Assembly: GCF_003367075.2 (NCBI RefSeq)
Contig: NZ_CP065936.1
Location: 1,620,001 to 1,652,000 of the forward strand
Source: Cylindrospermopsis raciborskii Cr2010
GTDB lineage: Bacteria; Cyanobacteriota; Cyanobacteriia; Cyanobacteriales; Nostocaceae
Direction: 5' to 3'
Length of the DNA: 32,000 bases
The translations under genes and the position numbers were made by a program. The notes under the pieces are model-generated. The model ran no database searches. It was not told where the DNA came from and saw only the letters and a program-made list of their open reading frames with translations. Each line of letters begins with the position of its first letter. The first letter of the stretch is position 1. Of the stretch, positions 7,707 to 16,119 are shown one piece after another.

Positions 7707-10505
7707 ATGAATGCAACATACCAAGATACAATGACAATAAACAAGATTTTCGGAAAAATTCCTCTAAAAATATTACTGAGTATATTTTACTTAATACCAA
7801 TTATCACTAGTGTGGCAGTGGTCAGCTATGTATCCTATCGTACTGGAGAAGAATCAGTAAATGAGTTGACTAACGAGTTGATGACATCAACAACAGAACG
7901 GGTTAGAGATCATCTCAATAAGTATCTACAAATACCACAAAGAATAGTAGCTATAAATCGTCAGGGAATAGAAAACTCCTATCTGATCCCGGAAAACTGG
8001 GAAGCATTGAGATTATACTTTTTCAGTCAACTTAAAGTATATAAAACCCCAGCAGCTATTTATTTCGGTGGTGCTAATGGTACATATATAGTTTCCGCTC
8101 AGGACGAGATGGGAATAATTTCACCCAAAAATTCTTACTTGGGGGGTGGTACGCACCCATCCTATCTTGGTCAACGACGGGTTTATATTGTGAATGAACA
8201 GGGAAAATATGTCAAAATTATCCCTGGACAAACTAAACCCTTTACACCCATTAATTTTCCGTGGTTTAAAACTGCTCTAAATCAAAATAAACAAACATGG
8301 ACACCAATATATCCCTATTTTTATATTCCCACAGCTATCATTTCCGCTTTTAGTCCTGTTTATCGTAATAATAAATTTATTGGGGTTGTAGGTTGTGATT
8401 TAGCTCTCACTCACGTTAGTTTACACTTGCAAAAATTACAGTTTTCACCATCAGGAAAGTTATTCATTATAGAAAGGTCAGGAGACATAATCGCTACTTC
8501 CACCAATGAAAAACCTTTTATAAAAATTGTTAAAGATAACAACACAGATAGAAATGTAAAATTAACACGGTTATCTGCCACAAAAAGTAGTAACCCAATA
8601 ATCTCTAAAACAGCAAAAGTATTATTTCAGCGTTGGGGAGACTTGCATAAAATTCGGGAAGCGACCAGTTTTAAGTTTAATGGTAGTAATAACCAAAGGT
8701 ATTTTTCCCATATTTACCCCTATCAGGATGAATATGGGTTGGATTGGTTAATCGTAGCTGTTTTGCCAGAATCTGATTTTCTGGATAAGATTCATACTAA
8801 CTTCCATAGAACCTCTATTTTTTTAGCAATTACACTATTTATATTTGCAGGATTAAGCATGGTCTTAACCCATTGGATAATACAACCGATTAAGGATTTG
8901 AATACTGCTGCTAAAAAACTAAGGAAAGATAGGTTTGATAGTTTAGATTTAGACTTGGATTTAAAGTTAAAATCAATCCTAAATCGGCGTGATGAAGTAG
9001 GTCAGCTAGGTGAATCTTTTCAAGCTATGGCTGGGGAGTTGGCACTATCATTTATACGAGTTAAAACTGCTTTGCAGGAATCCCAAGATAAGTTTACTAA
9101 AATATTTCGCAGCTCCCCTGACCCAATTGTTATTACCGATAGGGTGCAGAATATATTCTTAGATGTCAATCCCAGCTTCTTACATTTAACGGGTTATTCA
9201 GAAATGGAAGTAATTAATCATGGTGTTGAAGGTTTATGTCTACCATGTGATTCACAAAAGCTGTTGTTAGTCAGGAAAAAACTAGAAAATCAAGGACACA
9301 TCCACAATTTGGAATTTGATTGGCTGACAAAATCTGGGGAGGTAAAAACCTCTTTAGTATCTTCCGAAAGGATTTTAATTAATGGTAGAGATTGCGTGAT
9401 TTCCGTTTGTAAAGATATTACTGATCGCAAAAAAGCTGAGGAAAATTTAAGACAAAGTGAAGAAAGATTTCGCACTGCTTTTGAAAATGCTGGTAGTGGT
9501 ATGGCTTTAGTCTCACTAAATGGATATTTCATCAGGGTGAATAGATCACTATGTCAAATTTTGGGTTATGATTCTCCAGATTTACTCACTAAAAAGGTGA
9601 CAGAAATTATTGCAGGTGAGGAGTTATCCAAAGATTTTGATTTGGCATACCAGTTTCTCTCCGGTCAAATAACTAACTATCAAGTGGAAAAATCCTGTTT
9701 ACATAAATCAGGAAAAATTATTTGGGTGTTGCTGAATGTTTCATTATTATGTGATATTAACGGGAACCCCCTGCATTTTATTTGGCAGATTCAGGATATT
9801 AGTGAACGACACGAAGTTGAGCAACTAAAAAATGAATTTGTCTCTGTAGTTAGCCATGAAGTACGCACACCTTTAACAGCTATTAAAGGTGCTTTGGAGA
9901 TTTTAGCAACAGGAATTTTAGTTGATGAACCACAGGAAGCAGAACAGATGTTAAAAATCGCTGTTAGTAATAGTGAAAGACTGTTACGTCTTGTCAATAA
10001 TATTTTGAATTTAGAAATGTTGGATTCAGGGAAAATGAAACTAAACTTGGAGCTTTGTGATATTAATATCATGGTAAAACAAGCAATGGAAACAGTGGGA
10101 CCAATAGCGCAACAAAAAAGCATTGAAATTTCCTACAACACACTTGATGTAGCTAACATAGAAATCTTAGCTGACGAGGAAACAATTGTTCAAGTTCTGA
10201 CCAACCTATTAAGCAATAGCATAAAATTTTCTCATGCTGGTACTAAAGTAGAGATATACGCCACAATGGGCGATAAAGAAATTATTGTTGCGGTAAAGGA
10301 TTACGGTAAAGGTATTCCTTCATATAAGTTAGAGACTATTTTTGAGCGATTTGAACAGGTGGATATTTCTGATTCTCGTCAAAAGGGTGGTACGGGTTTA
10401 GGACTAGCTATTTGTAAAAATATTGTGGAAAAACACCAGGGAAAAATTTGGGTTGAGAGCATATTGGGTAGTGGTAGCACCTTTTATTTCACACTACCGC
10501 TCTAG
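7707..10505 (+). CDS. Sensor histidine kinase HK1: TM, Cache-like periplasmic domain, TM, HAMP, PAS, PAS, HisKA, HATPase_c
   Basis: 932-aa ORF with two TM segments (LLSIFYLIPIITSVAVVSYVSY; IFLAITLFIFAGLSMVLTHWII). The Cache-like core is SPVYRNNKFIGVVGCDLALTHVS...LFIIERSGDIIATS. The H-box is FVSVVSHEVRTPL, with the His codon at 9855-9857. The N box is LTNLLSNSIKFS, the G1 box is VKDYGKGIP and the G2 box is GGTGLGLAICK. Confidence 0.92.
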   Translation: MNATYQDTMTINKIFGKIPLKILLSIFYLIPIITSVAVVSYVSYRTGEESVNELTNELMTSTTERVRDHLNKYLQIPQRIVAINRQGIENSYLIPENWEALRLYFFSQLKVYKTPAAIYFGGANGTYIVSAQDEMGIISPKNSYLGGGTHPSYLGQRRVYIVNEQGKYVKIIPGQTKPFTPINFPWFKTALNQNKQTWTPIYPYFYIPTAIISAFSPVYRNNKFIGVVGCDLALTHVSLHLQKLQFSPSGKLFIIERSGDIIATSTNEKPFIKIVKDNNTDRNVKLTRLSATKSSNPIISKTAKVLFQRWGDLHKIREATSFKFNGSNNQRYFSHIYPYQDEYGLDWLIVAVLPESDFLDKIHTNFHRTSIFLAITLFIFAGLSMVLTHWIIQPIKDLNTAAKKLRKDRFDSLDLDLDLKLKSILNRRDEVGQLGESFQAMAGELALSFIRVKTALQESQDKFTKIFRSSPDPIVITDRVQNIFLDVNPSFLHLTGYSEMEVINHGVEGLCLPCDSQKLLLVRKKLENQGHIHNLEFDWLTKSGEVKTSLVSSERILINGRDCVISVCKDITDRKKAEENLRQSEERFRTAFENAGSGMALVSLNGYFIRVNRSLCQILGYDSPDLLTKKVTEIIAGEELSKDFDLAYQFLSGQITNYQVEKSCLHKSGKIIWVLLNVSLLCDINGNPLHFIWQIQDISERHEVEQLKNEFVSVVSHEVRTPLTAIKGALEILATGILVDEPQEAEQMLKIAVSNSERLLRLVNNILNLEMLDSGKMKLNLELCDINIMVKQAMETVGPIAQQKSIEISYNTLDVANIEILADEETIVQVLTNLLSNSIKFSHAGTKVEIYATMGDKEIIVAVKDYGKGIPSYKLETIFERFEQVDISDSRQKGGTGLGLAICKNIVEKHQGKIWVESILGSGSTFYFTLPL

Positions 10506-10548
10506 TAGTTTTTTATGCTACCATGTAGGAACTCAAGATATAATAGAA
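10506..10548 (+). promoter_or_regulatory. Conserved leader/promoter-like block, copy 1 (upstream of HK2)
   Basis: The sequence is GTAGTTTTTTATGCTACCATGTAGGAACTCAAGATATAATAG, with a perfect TATAAT at 10539-10544. The -35 region is weak, at best ATGCTA at 10515-10520. It is homologous to the blocks at 7628 and 13385. Confidence 0.4.
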
Positions 10549-10584
10549 TTGCTTATTTTACAGGTATTTTGTCGGACTCATTAT

Positions 10585-13383
10585 ATGAATAAGTACACAA
10601 CAACATTAAACCATATTTTTGGAAAAGTCCCTCTTAAAACATTACTAAGTATATTTTACTTAACACCAATTATCACCTGTGTAGGAATAGTTAGTTATAT
10701 ATCCTATCATACTGGAGAAGAATCAGTAAATGACTTGACGAATAAATTAATGATGTTGACAACAGACCGGATTCGGGACCATATCAGGACACATTTAGAA
10801 ACACCACAAAGAATAGTAGGCATAAATCGTGATGGGATTCAAAACTCCTATCTTAACCCGGAGAATTGGGAAGAATTGAGACTATACTTTTTTAATCAAG
10901 TTAAAATATATAAAGAGCCAACTGCTATTTATTTTGGCGGTATTAATGGTACTTTTATGTTTGCAGTACTAGACAAAATGGGCATAATTTCACCACCAAA
11001 TTCTTACCTGGGTGGTGGTTTACACCCATCCTATGGTGGTCAACGACGTATCTACATTTTAGATCAACAGGGAAAATATGTCAAAATTATCCCCGAACAA
11101 ACTAAAACTTCTTTATATAGAAACCTTTTGTGGTTTAAAACAGCTCAAAATCAAAATCAACAAACATGGACTTCCGTACATACCTATCTTTATATTCCTA
11201 CGGCAAAGATTTCTGCTGTTAGTCCTGTTTATCGCCATAATAAATTTATTGGCGTTGTAGGTTGTGATTTAATTTTAGACCATATTGGTTTATACTTGCA
11301 AAACTTGCAGTTCTCACCATCAGGAAAGTTATTCATTATAGAAAGGTCAGGAGATATAATCGCTACTTCCACCAATGAAAAACCTTTTATGAAAATTGTT
11401 AAAGATAGCAAAACTGGTAAAAACATCAAGTTAATACGATTATCTGCTACAAAAAGTAGTAACTCAATAATTTCTAAAACAGCGAAAGTATTATTTCAGC
11501 GTTGGGGAAACTTGCATAAAATTCGGGAAGCGACTAGTTTTGAGTTTAATAGTAGTAATAACCAAAGGTATTTTTCTCATATTTACCCTTATCAGGATGA
11601 ATATGGGTTGGATTGGTTAATTGTAGCTGTTTTGCCAGAATCTGATTTTCTGCATAAGATTCATACTAATTTAAATAGAACCTTTATTTTTTCAGCAATT
11701 ACACTATTTATATTTGCGGGATTGAGTATAGTCTTAGCCCATTGGATAATACAACCGATTAAGGATTTGCATACTGCGGCTAAAAAACTAAGCGAAGATA
11801 GGTTTAATAGTTTTAATAGTTTAGATTCAGACTTAAATTTAAAGTTAAAATTAATCCTAAACCGGCGTGATGAAATAGGTCAGCTAGGTGAGTCTTTTCA
11901 GGCTATGTCAAGGGAGTTGGCACTATCATTTACACAAATTAAAACTGCTTTAAAGGAATCTCAGGATAAGTTTACTAAAATATTTCGCAGCTCCCCTGAC
12001 CCAATTGTTATTACCGATAGGGTGCAGAATATATTCTTAGATGTCAATCCCAGCTTCTTACATTTAACGGGTTATTCGGAAGTAGAATTGATCGGCTACA
12101 GTTTTGATAATTTATCCTTGGTATCTAATCCTGAACAGGGATTACTACTCAAGGAACAACTGAAAAATCAAGGATATGTCCGAAATTTAGAATTTGATTG
12201 GCTGACAAAATCTGGGGAATTAAAAACCTCTTTAGTATCTTGTGAAAGTATTTTAATAGATACGAAAAACTGTGTGATTTCTATCATTAAAGATATTACT
12301 GATCGCAAAAAAGCTGAGGAAAATTTAAGACAAAGTGAAGAAAGATTTCGCACTGCTTTCGAAGATGCTGGTAGTGGTATGGCTCTAGTTTCACTAAATG
12401 GATATTTCATCAGGGTGAATAGATCACTATGTCAAATTTTGGGTTATGATTCTTCAGATTTACTCACTAAAAAGGTGACAGAAATTATTACAGGTGAGAA
12501 GTTACCAAAAGATTTTGATTTGGCATACCAGTTTCTCTCCGGTCAAATAACTAACTATCAAGTGGAAAAATCCTGTTTACATAAATCAGGAAAAATTATT
12601 TGGGTGTTGTTGAATGTTTCATTATTATGTGATGTCAATAGGAACCCCCTGCATTTTATTTGGCAGATTCAGGATATTAGCAAACGACACGAAGTTGAGC
12701 AACTAAAAAATGAATTTGTCTCTGTAGTTAGCCATGAAGTACGCACACCTTTAACAGCTATTAAAGGTGCTTTGGAGATTTTAGCAACAGGAATTTTAGT
12801 TGATGAACCACAGGAAGCAGAACAGATGTTAAAAATCGCTGTTAGTAATAGTGAAAGACTGTTACGTCTTGTCAATAATATTTTGAATTTAGAAATGTTG
12901 GATTCAGGGAAAATGAAACTAAACTTGGAGCTTTGTGATATTAATATCATGGTAAAACAAGCAATGGAAACAGTGGGACCAATAGCGCAACAAAAAAGCA
13001 TTGAAATTTCCTACAACACACTTGATGTAGCTAACATAGAAATCTTAGCTGACGAGGAAACAATTGTTCAAGTCCTGACCAACCTATTAAGCAATAGTAT
13101 AAAGTTTTCCCATGCTGGTAATAAAGTAGAGATATACGCCACAGTGAGCAATAAAGAGATTATTGTTGCGGTAAAAGATTACGGTAAAGGTGTTCCTCCA
13201 CATAAGTTAGAGACTATTTTTGAGCGATTTGAACAGGTGGATGTTTCTGACTCTCGTCAAAAGGGTGGTACAGGTTTAGGATTAGCTATTTGTAAAAATA
13301 TTGTGGAAAAACACCAGGGAAAAATTTGGGTTGAGAGCATATTGGGTAGTGGTAGCACCTTTTATTTCACACTACCGCTGTAA
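10585..13383 (+). CDS. Sensor histidine kinase HK2, a paralog of HK1 with the same Cache/HAMP/PAS/PAS/HisKA/HATPase_c architecture
   Basis: The ATG at 10585 (MNKYTTTLNHIFGKVPLK) parallels the HK1 N-terminus and gives 932 aa. The track's start at 10423 would overlap the HK1 3' end and adds non-homologous residues. From about aa 575 onward the protein is almost identical to HK1. Confidence 0.9.
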   Translation: MNKYTTTLNHIFGKVPLKTLLSIFYLTPIITCVGIVSYISYHTGEESVNDLTNKLMMLTTDRIRDHIRTHLETPQRIVGINRDGIQNSYLNPENWEELRLYFFNQVKIYKEPTAIYFGGINGTFMFAVLDKMGIISPPNSYLGGGLHPSYGGQRRIYILDQQGKYVKIIPEQTKTSLYRNLLWFKTAQNQNQQTWTSVHTYLYIPTAKISAVSPVYRHNKFIGVVGCDLILDHIGLYLQNLQFSPSGKLFIIERSGDIIATSTNEKPFMKIVKDSKTGKNIKLIRLSATKSSNSIISKTAKVLFQRWGNLHKIREATSFEFNSSNNQRYFSHIYPYQDEYGLDWLIVAVLPESDFLHKIHTNLNRTFIFSAITLFIFAGLSIVLAHWIIQPIKDLHTAAKKLSEDRFNSFNSLDSDLNLKLKLILNRRDEIGQLGESFQAMSRELALSFTQIKTALKESQDKFTKIFRSSPDPIVITDRVQNIFLDVNPSFLHLTGYSEVELIGYSFDNLSLVSNPEQGLLLKEQLKNQGYVRNLEFDWLTKSGELKTSLVSCESILIDTKNCVISIIKDITDRKKAEENLRQSEERFRTAFEDAGSGMALVSLNGYFIRVNRSLCQILGYDSSDLLTKKVTEIITGEKLPKDFDLAYQFLSGQITNYQVEKSCLHKSGKIIWVLLNVSLLCDVNRNPLHFIWQIQDISKRHEVEQLKNEFVSVVSHEVRTPLTAIKGALEILATGILVDEPQEAEQMLKIAVSNSERLLRLVNNILNLEMLDSGKMKLNLELCDINIMVKQAMETVGPIAQQKSIEISYNTLDVANIEILADEETIVQVLTNLLSNSIKFSHAGNKVEIYATVSNKEIIVAVKDYGKGVPPHKLETIFERFEQVDVSDSRQKGGTGLGLAICKNIVEKHQGKIWVESILGSGSTFYFTLPL

Positions 13384-13384
13384 T

Positions 13385-13426
13385 AATTTTTTAGGCTACC
13401 ATGGATAAACCCAAGATATAAGAGAA
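13385..13426 (+). promoter_or_regulatory. Conserved leader/promoter-like block, copy 2 (upstream of the stand-alone receiver gene)
   Basis: The sequence is AATTTTTTAGGCTACCATGGATAAACCCAAGATATAAGAGAA, with a -10-like TATAAG at 13417-13422. A TTTTGT...TCGGA(T/C) element follows, as in the HK1 and HK2 leaders. Confidence 0.4.
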
Positions 13427-13452
13427 CCTTTTGTGTAGTAACTAGTCGGATC

Positions 13453-13830
13453 ATGGCTAAACATATTTTGATCGTGGATGATGAGCAAGACATTCGTGCA
13501 GTTGTCCGTATTTCTTTAGAAAAATTTGCCGGTTGGCGGACTAGTTTAGCTGCTACCGCGCAGGAGGCGCTAGAAAAGGCTAGATCCCAATTGCCAGATG
13601 CTATATTATTGGACATAACAATGCCTGATACGGATGGTTTTCAAGTGTGGGATCAGTTACAGTCTGACCCATTGACTAAATCCATACCAGTAATTTTACT
13701 TACTGCCAAGACATCGTCTTTGGACAAGAAACGTTTTAGCAATATGGGTGTTGCGGGGGTAATCAGTAAACCCTTTAATCCCCTAATCATTTGGAAACAA
13801 GTGCGGGAAATTTTGGCGTGGGACAATTGA
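13453..13830 (+). CDS. Single-domain (CheY-like) response regulator receiver protein
   Basis: 125-aa ORF with HILIVDDEQD, the phospho-acceptor context AILLDITMPDTDG, then LLTAK and ISKPF. There is no output domain. It starts 69 bp downstream of HK2. Confidence 0.9.
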   Translation: MAKHILIVDDEQDIRAVVRISLEKFAGWRTSLAATAQEALEKARSQLPDAILLDITMPDTDGFQVWDQLQSDPLTKSIPVILLTAKTSSLDKKRFSNMGVAGVISKPFNPLIIWKQVREILAWDN

Positions 13831-13876
13831 TCACAATGATGAATGTAGAATCCGCGCGTCTTTGGACCGGGGAGTG

Positions 13877-14587
13877 TCAACGAAATAGGCGGGGATTTAA
13901 AATGGTTTTTCCTGGAGTGCGACTGCGAATTAATAATCCATTATTGAGATTAGTACCTGTTCCACCATCTTCCATGGACAAAAAGGGTTTTAAGTTAATT
14001 CCCCCCCGGAAATGGGGATTATTACCCGATCTTCTAGGAGAGTTGGTATAAGTGTTCACACCAATAGTCTGCTGTCCCTGGTCTGCAGCAGTTAGGTTAC
14101 TAAAAATGCTGCTGCGGACAGCATAGGGATCCTTGCTTCGTGGTACTGTTAAAACTATGCGACAGGTAGAAACAGCTTCAGTGGTAACACAGATAATATT
14201 CTCATTATTTTGTCTGGCAATTTGCAACTCTTGCAAACCATCAGGACGATATAATTCTAGACGACTGGCGATCGCCTGACAGCGGTTTTGCGGGTTCCAA
14301 CCACCACCCAAGGACTGGGGTATGGCCCAGGCAAAAAATCGCCCTGGTTGACTTTGGGGTTGATACATAACAGTATATTTACCATCATAGTATTGACAAC
14401 TGAACCTAGTGGTGCTGGAGTTATTGGGACTCGGTATTTGGGTGGGTGTGCTGGATGGGGGATTAGATGGGGTGGTTGAGTCTGAGGGTACGGTGGGGAC
14501 AACTACACCAGTTTGTCCAAAAGCGATTGAGTTACCAATCAATAAAGCAAATAAGGACAGGTGTAAAGAGAGAATAGTTCTAGCCAT
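13877..14587 (-). CDS. Secreted COP23-like (circadian oscillating protein 23 family) protein
   Basis: 236-aa ORF with a signal-peptide-like N-terminus (ILSLHLSLFALLIGNSIAFG) and a Pro/Ser/Thr-rich linker. The core is RFSCQYYDGKYTVMY...GGWNPQNRCQAIASRLE...IICVT...STCRIVLTVP. This resembles my recollection of the cyanobacterial COP23 domain, and the family call is from memory only. Confidence 0.5.
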   Translation of the reverse strand: MARTILSLHLSLFALLIGNSIAFGQTGVVVPTVPSDSTTPSNPPSSTPTQIPSPNNSSTTRFSCQYYDGKYTVMYQPQSQPGRFFAWAIPQSLGGGWNPQNRCQAIASRLELYRPDGLQELQIARQNNENIICVTTEAVSTCRIVLTVPRSKDPYAVRSSIFSNLTAADQGQQTIGVNTYTNSPRRSGNNPHFRGGINLKPFLSMEDGGTGTNLNNGLLIRSRTPGKTILNPRLFR

Positions 14588-14663
14588 AAGTTGTCAGAAT
14601 TGGTAATATGGTTAGGATTCACCTTACTATAGTAGCATACAACTAAAGTTGATTTAAAGAATT

Positions 14664-15176
14664 ATGTTAAAAATAAGTATTTCGGCTATTGGTGCAGGGC
14701 TTTTAATTGCATCTACTAATGGTGGAGTAACTAACTTAATTCCATCTTTTCTAATCAATAACAGCTATAAATTAGCTCAGAACAATTTGAATAGTGCCAA
14801 CTTAGAAACTCAAGTTTTCCAACAAATCAATCAGTATCGTGTTAATCAGAAGTTACTTACCCTAACCCGTAACCTTAGCATTGATAACCAAGCTAGGATT
14901 CACAGTCAAAACATGGCTAGTGGCAAAGTTCCCTTTAGTCATCAAGACTTTGATAAACGAGTTAAAGCAATTAACATTACCTACCGTACTGTAGCGGAAA
15001 ATGTGGCTTATAATCAAGGAGTCCAAGATCCTGCTACTACTGCGGTTCGAGGTTGGTTAAAAAGTCCGGGACATTTAAGAAACATCCGAGGTGATTACAA
15101 CCTAACTGGTATTGGTGTTGCGGTCAATAATAAAGGGGAAATTTTTTTCACCCAGGTTTTTTTAAAATCAAGATAA
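14664..15176 (+). CDS. CAP/SCP (PR-1-like, YkwD-type) domain protein, secreted or membrane-anchored; paralog 1
   Basis: 170-aa ORF with a hydrophobic N-terminus. The CAP motifs are NQYRVNQKL...ARIHSQNMA...FSH...AENVAYN...AVRGWLKSPGHLRNIRG...TGIGVA. Confidence 0.8.
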   Translation: MLKISISAIGAGLLIASTNGGVTNLIPSFLINNSYKLAQNNLNSANLETQVFQQINQYRVNQKLLTLTRNLSIDNQARIHSQNMASGKVPFSHQDFDKRVKAINITYRTVAENVAYNQGVQDPATTAVRGWLKSPGHLRNIRGDYNLTGIGVAVNNKGEIFFTQVFLKSR

Positions 15177-15194
15177 ATTTTGGCGAGGTTTCCA

Positions 15195-15887
15195 ATGATT
15201 TACCATGGAGCAAACACCAGGGGTAGGGCAGACCACGGGTGGCTTAAAGCGAAACACACATTTAGCTTTGCTAACTATCATGATCCTTCTCGTATGGGAT
15301 TTGGGGCTCTTCGCGTCATTAACGATGACCATATAGCTGCTCGTAGGGGATTTGCCACCCACCCCCACAGGGATATGGAAATTGTGACCATACCTCTTCA
15401 AGGTTCTCTTAGACACGAAGATAGTATGGGAAACTCTCAAGTGCTACAAAAGGGAGAAATTCAGTCCATAAGTGCAGGAACAGGTATCCTCCATTCGGAA
15501 TTCAACGATGGTGACGAGGATCTCAAACTCCTTCAAATCTGGGTCTTACCCAAGAAAATGGGTGTTCAGCCTAGATATGAACAAAAAGCCTTCAATCCTA
15601 TCGATCGCAGGCAAAAGTTGCAAACAGTGGTTTCTCCTGATGGTGAAGGACTAGGGATCAATCAAGATGCTTGGTTTTATTTGGCAGATCTAGAAGAAAC
15701 TAGTGTGGAATATAAGTTGCACGGAAAAGGTCAAGGTGTGTATGTGTTCGTAATATCAGGATTTGCAAACGTCAATGGCAAAGAGCTATTTCCTCGGGAT
15801 GGACTGGGACTGGAGGAAGATCTGCACATTCAAGTCTTTCAACAATCCGAGCTGTTGGTGATGGAAGTACCTATGTTATCATCATGA
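15195..15887 (+). CDS. Pirin family protein (bicupin)
   Basis: The ATG is at 15195; the track's start at 15180 is a TTG. The motifs are RGRADHGWLKAKHTFSFANYHDP and the metal-binding HPHRDMEIVTIPLQGSLRHEDSMGN. A terminator follows. Confidence 0.88.
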   Translation: MIYHGANTRGRADHGWLKAKHTFSFANYHDPSRMGFGALRVINDDHIAARRGFATHPHRDMEIVTIPLQGSLRHEDSMGNSQVLQKGEIQSISAGTGILHSEFNDGDEDLKLLQIWVLPKKMGVQPRYEQKAFNPIDRRQKLQTVVSPDGEGLGINQDAWFYLADLEETSVEYKLHGKGQGVYVFVISGFANVNGKELFPRDGLGLEEDLHIQVFQQSELLVMEVPMLSS

Positions 15888-15937
15888 GACCTTAATCTGT
15901 TAATCAATTTCTAACCTAATTTTCCCCATAAACTATT

Positions 15938-15967
15938 CAGGTATCTGTCACAAGATACTGTTTTTTA
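15938..15967 (+). terminator. Rho-independent terminator downstream of the pirin gene
   Basis: CAGGTATCT (15938-15946) pairs with AGATACTG (15953-15960), with one bulged G and the loop GTCACA. TTTTTT follows at 15961-15966. Confidence 0.7.
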
Positions 15968-16119
15968 TATATTTTGTAGTTGAGAATGTATTGAGGATAG
16001 CACCAAAAGTACCATCCACCATAGACATATACTGGAAGTATCCTTCCTGGTAGTTCTTTTGAGCATTGAAAGATAGAGTATATGTCCAACAAACTCATAC
16101 ACTATCTGGGGATTTCTCT

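Larger units (their letters stand above)
7608..13426 (+). repeat. Tandem direct duplication with a 2878-bp period. Each unit is a leader plus a 932-codon histidine kinase gene, and a third leader copy sits in front of the next gene.
   Basis: Equivalent landmarks are offset by exactly 2878 bp: starts 7707/10585, stops 10505/13383, and antisense ORFs 9290/12168 and 9791/12669. The 3' halves are almost identical at nucleotide level and the 5' halves are clearly diverged. Confidence 0.95.

Noticed and set aside
9290-10123. Antisense ORFs inside HK1 (9290-9532, 9791-10123), with near-identical twins inside HK2 (12168-12410, 12669-13001). Their conservation could suggest real overlapping genes.
   Set aside because: Their conservation is fully explained by the 2878-bp duplication of the sense-strand kinase genes. 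They have no recognisable motifs and lie antisense to strongly supported CDSs.
10423-10584. Extended start of HK2 at 10423, overlapping the last 83 bp of HK1.
   Set aside because: The extra 54 residues have no counterpart in HK1 and read through the conserved leader. The ATG at 10585 reproduces the HK1 N-terminus and gives the same 932-aa length.
13653-14051. ORFs 13653-13880 (-) and 13791-14051 (+) around the receiver/COP23 junction.
   Set aside because: They overlap well-supported CDSs on the opposite strand or frame and have no recognisable motifs.
14257-14606. Three overlapping small ORFs (14257-14502 minus; 14288-14479 and 14409-14606 plus) with Pro/Gly-rich translations.
   Set aside because: They lie within or opposite the Pro/Ser/Thr-rich linker of the COP23-like CDS. 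Low-complexity sequence keeps alternative frames open, and no independent support exists.
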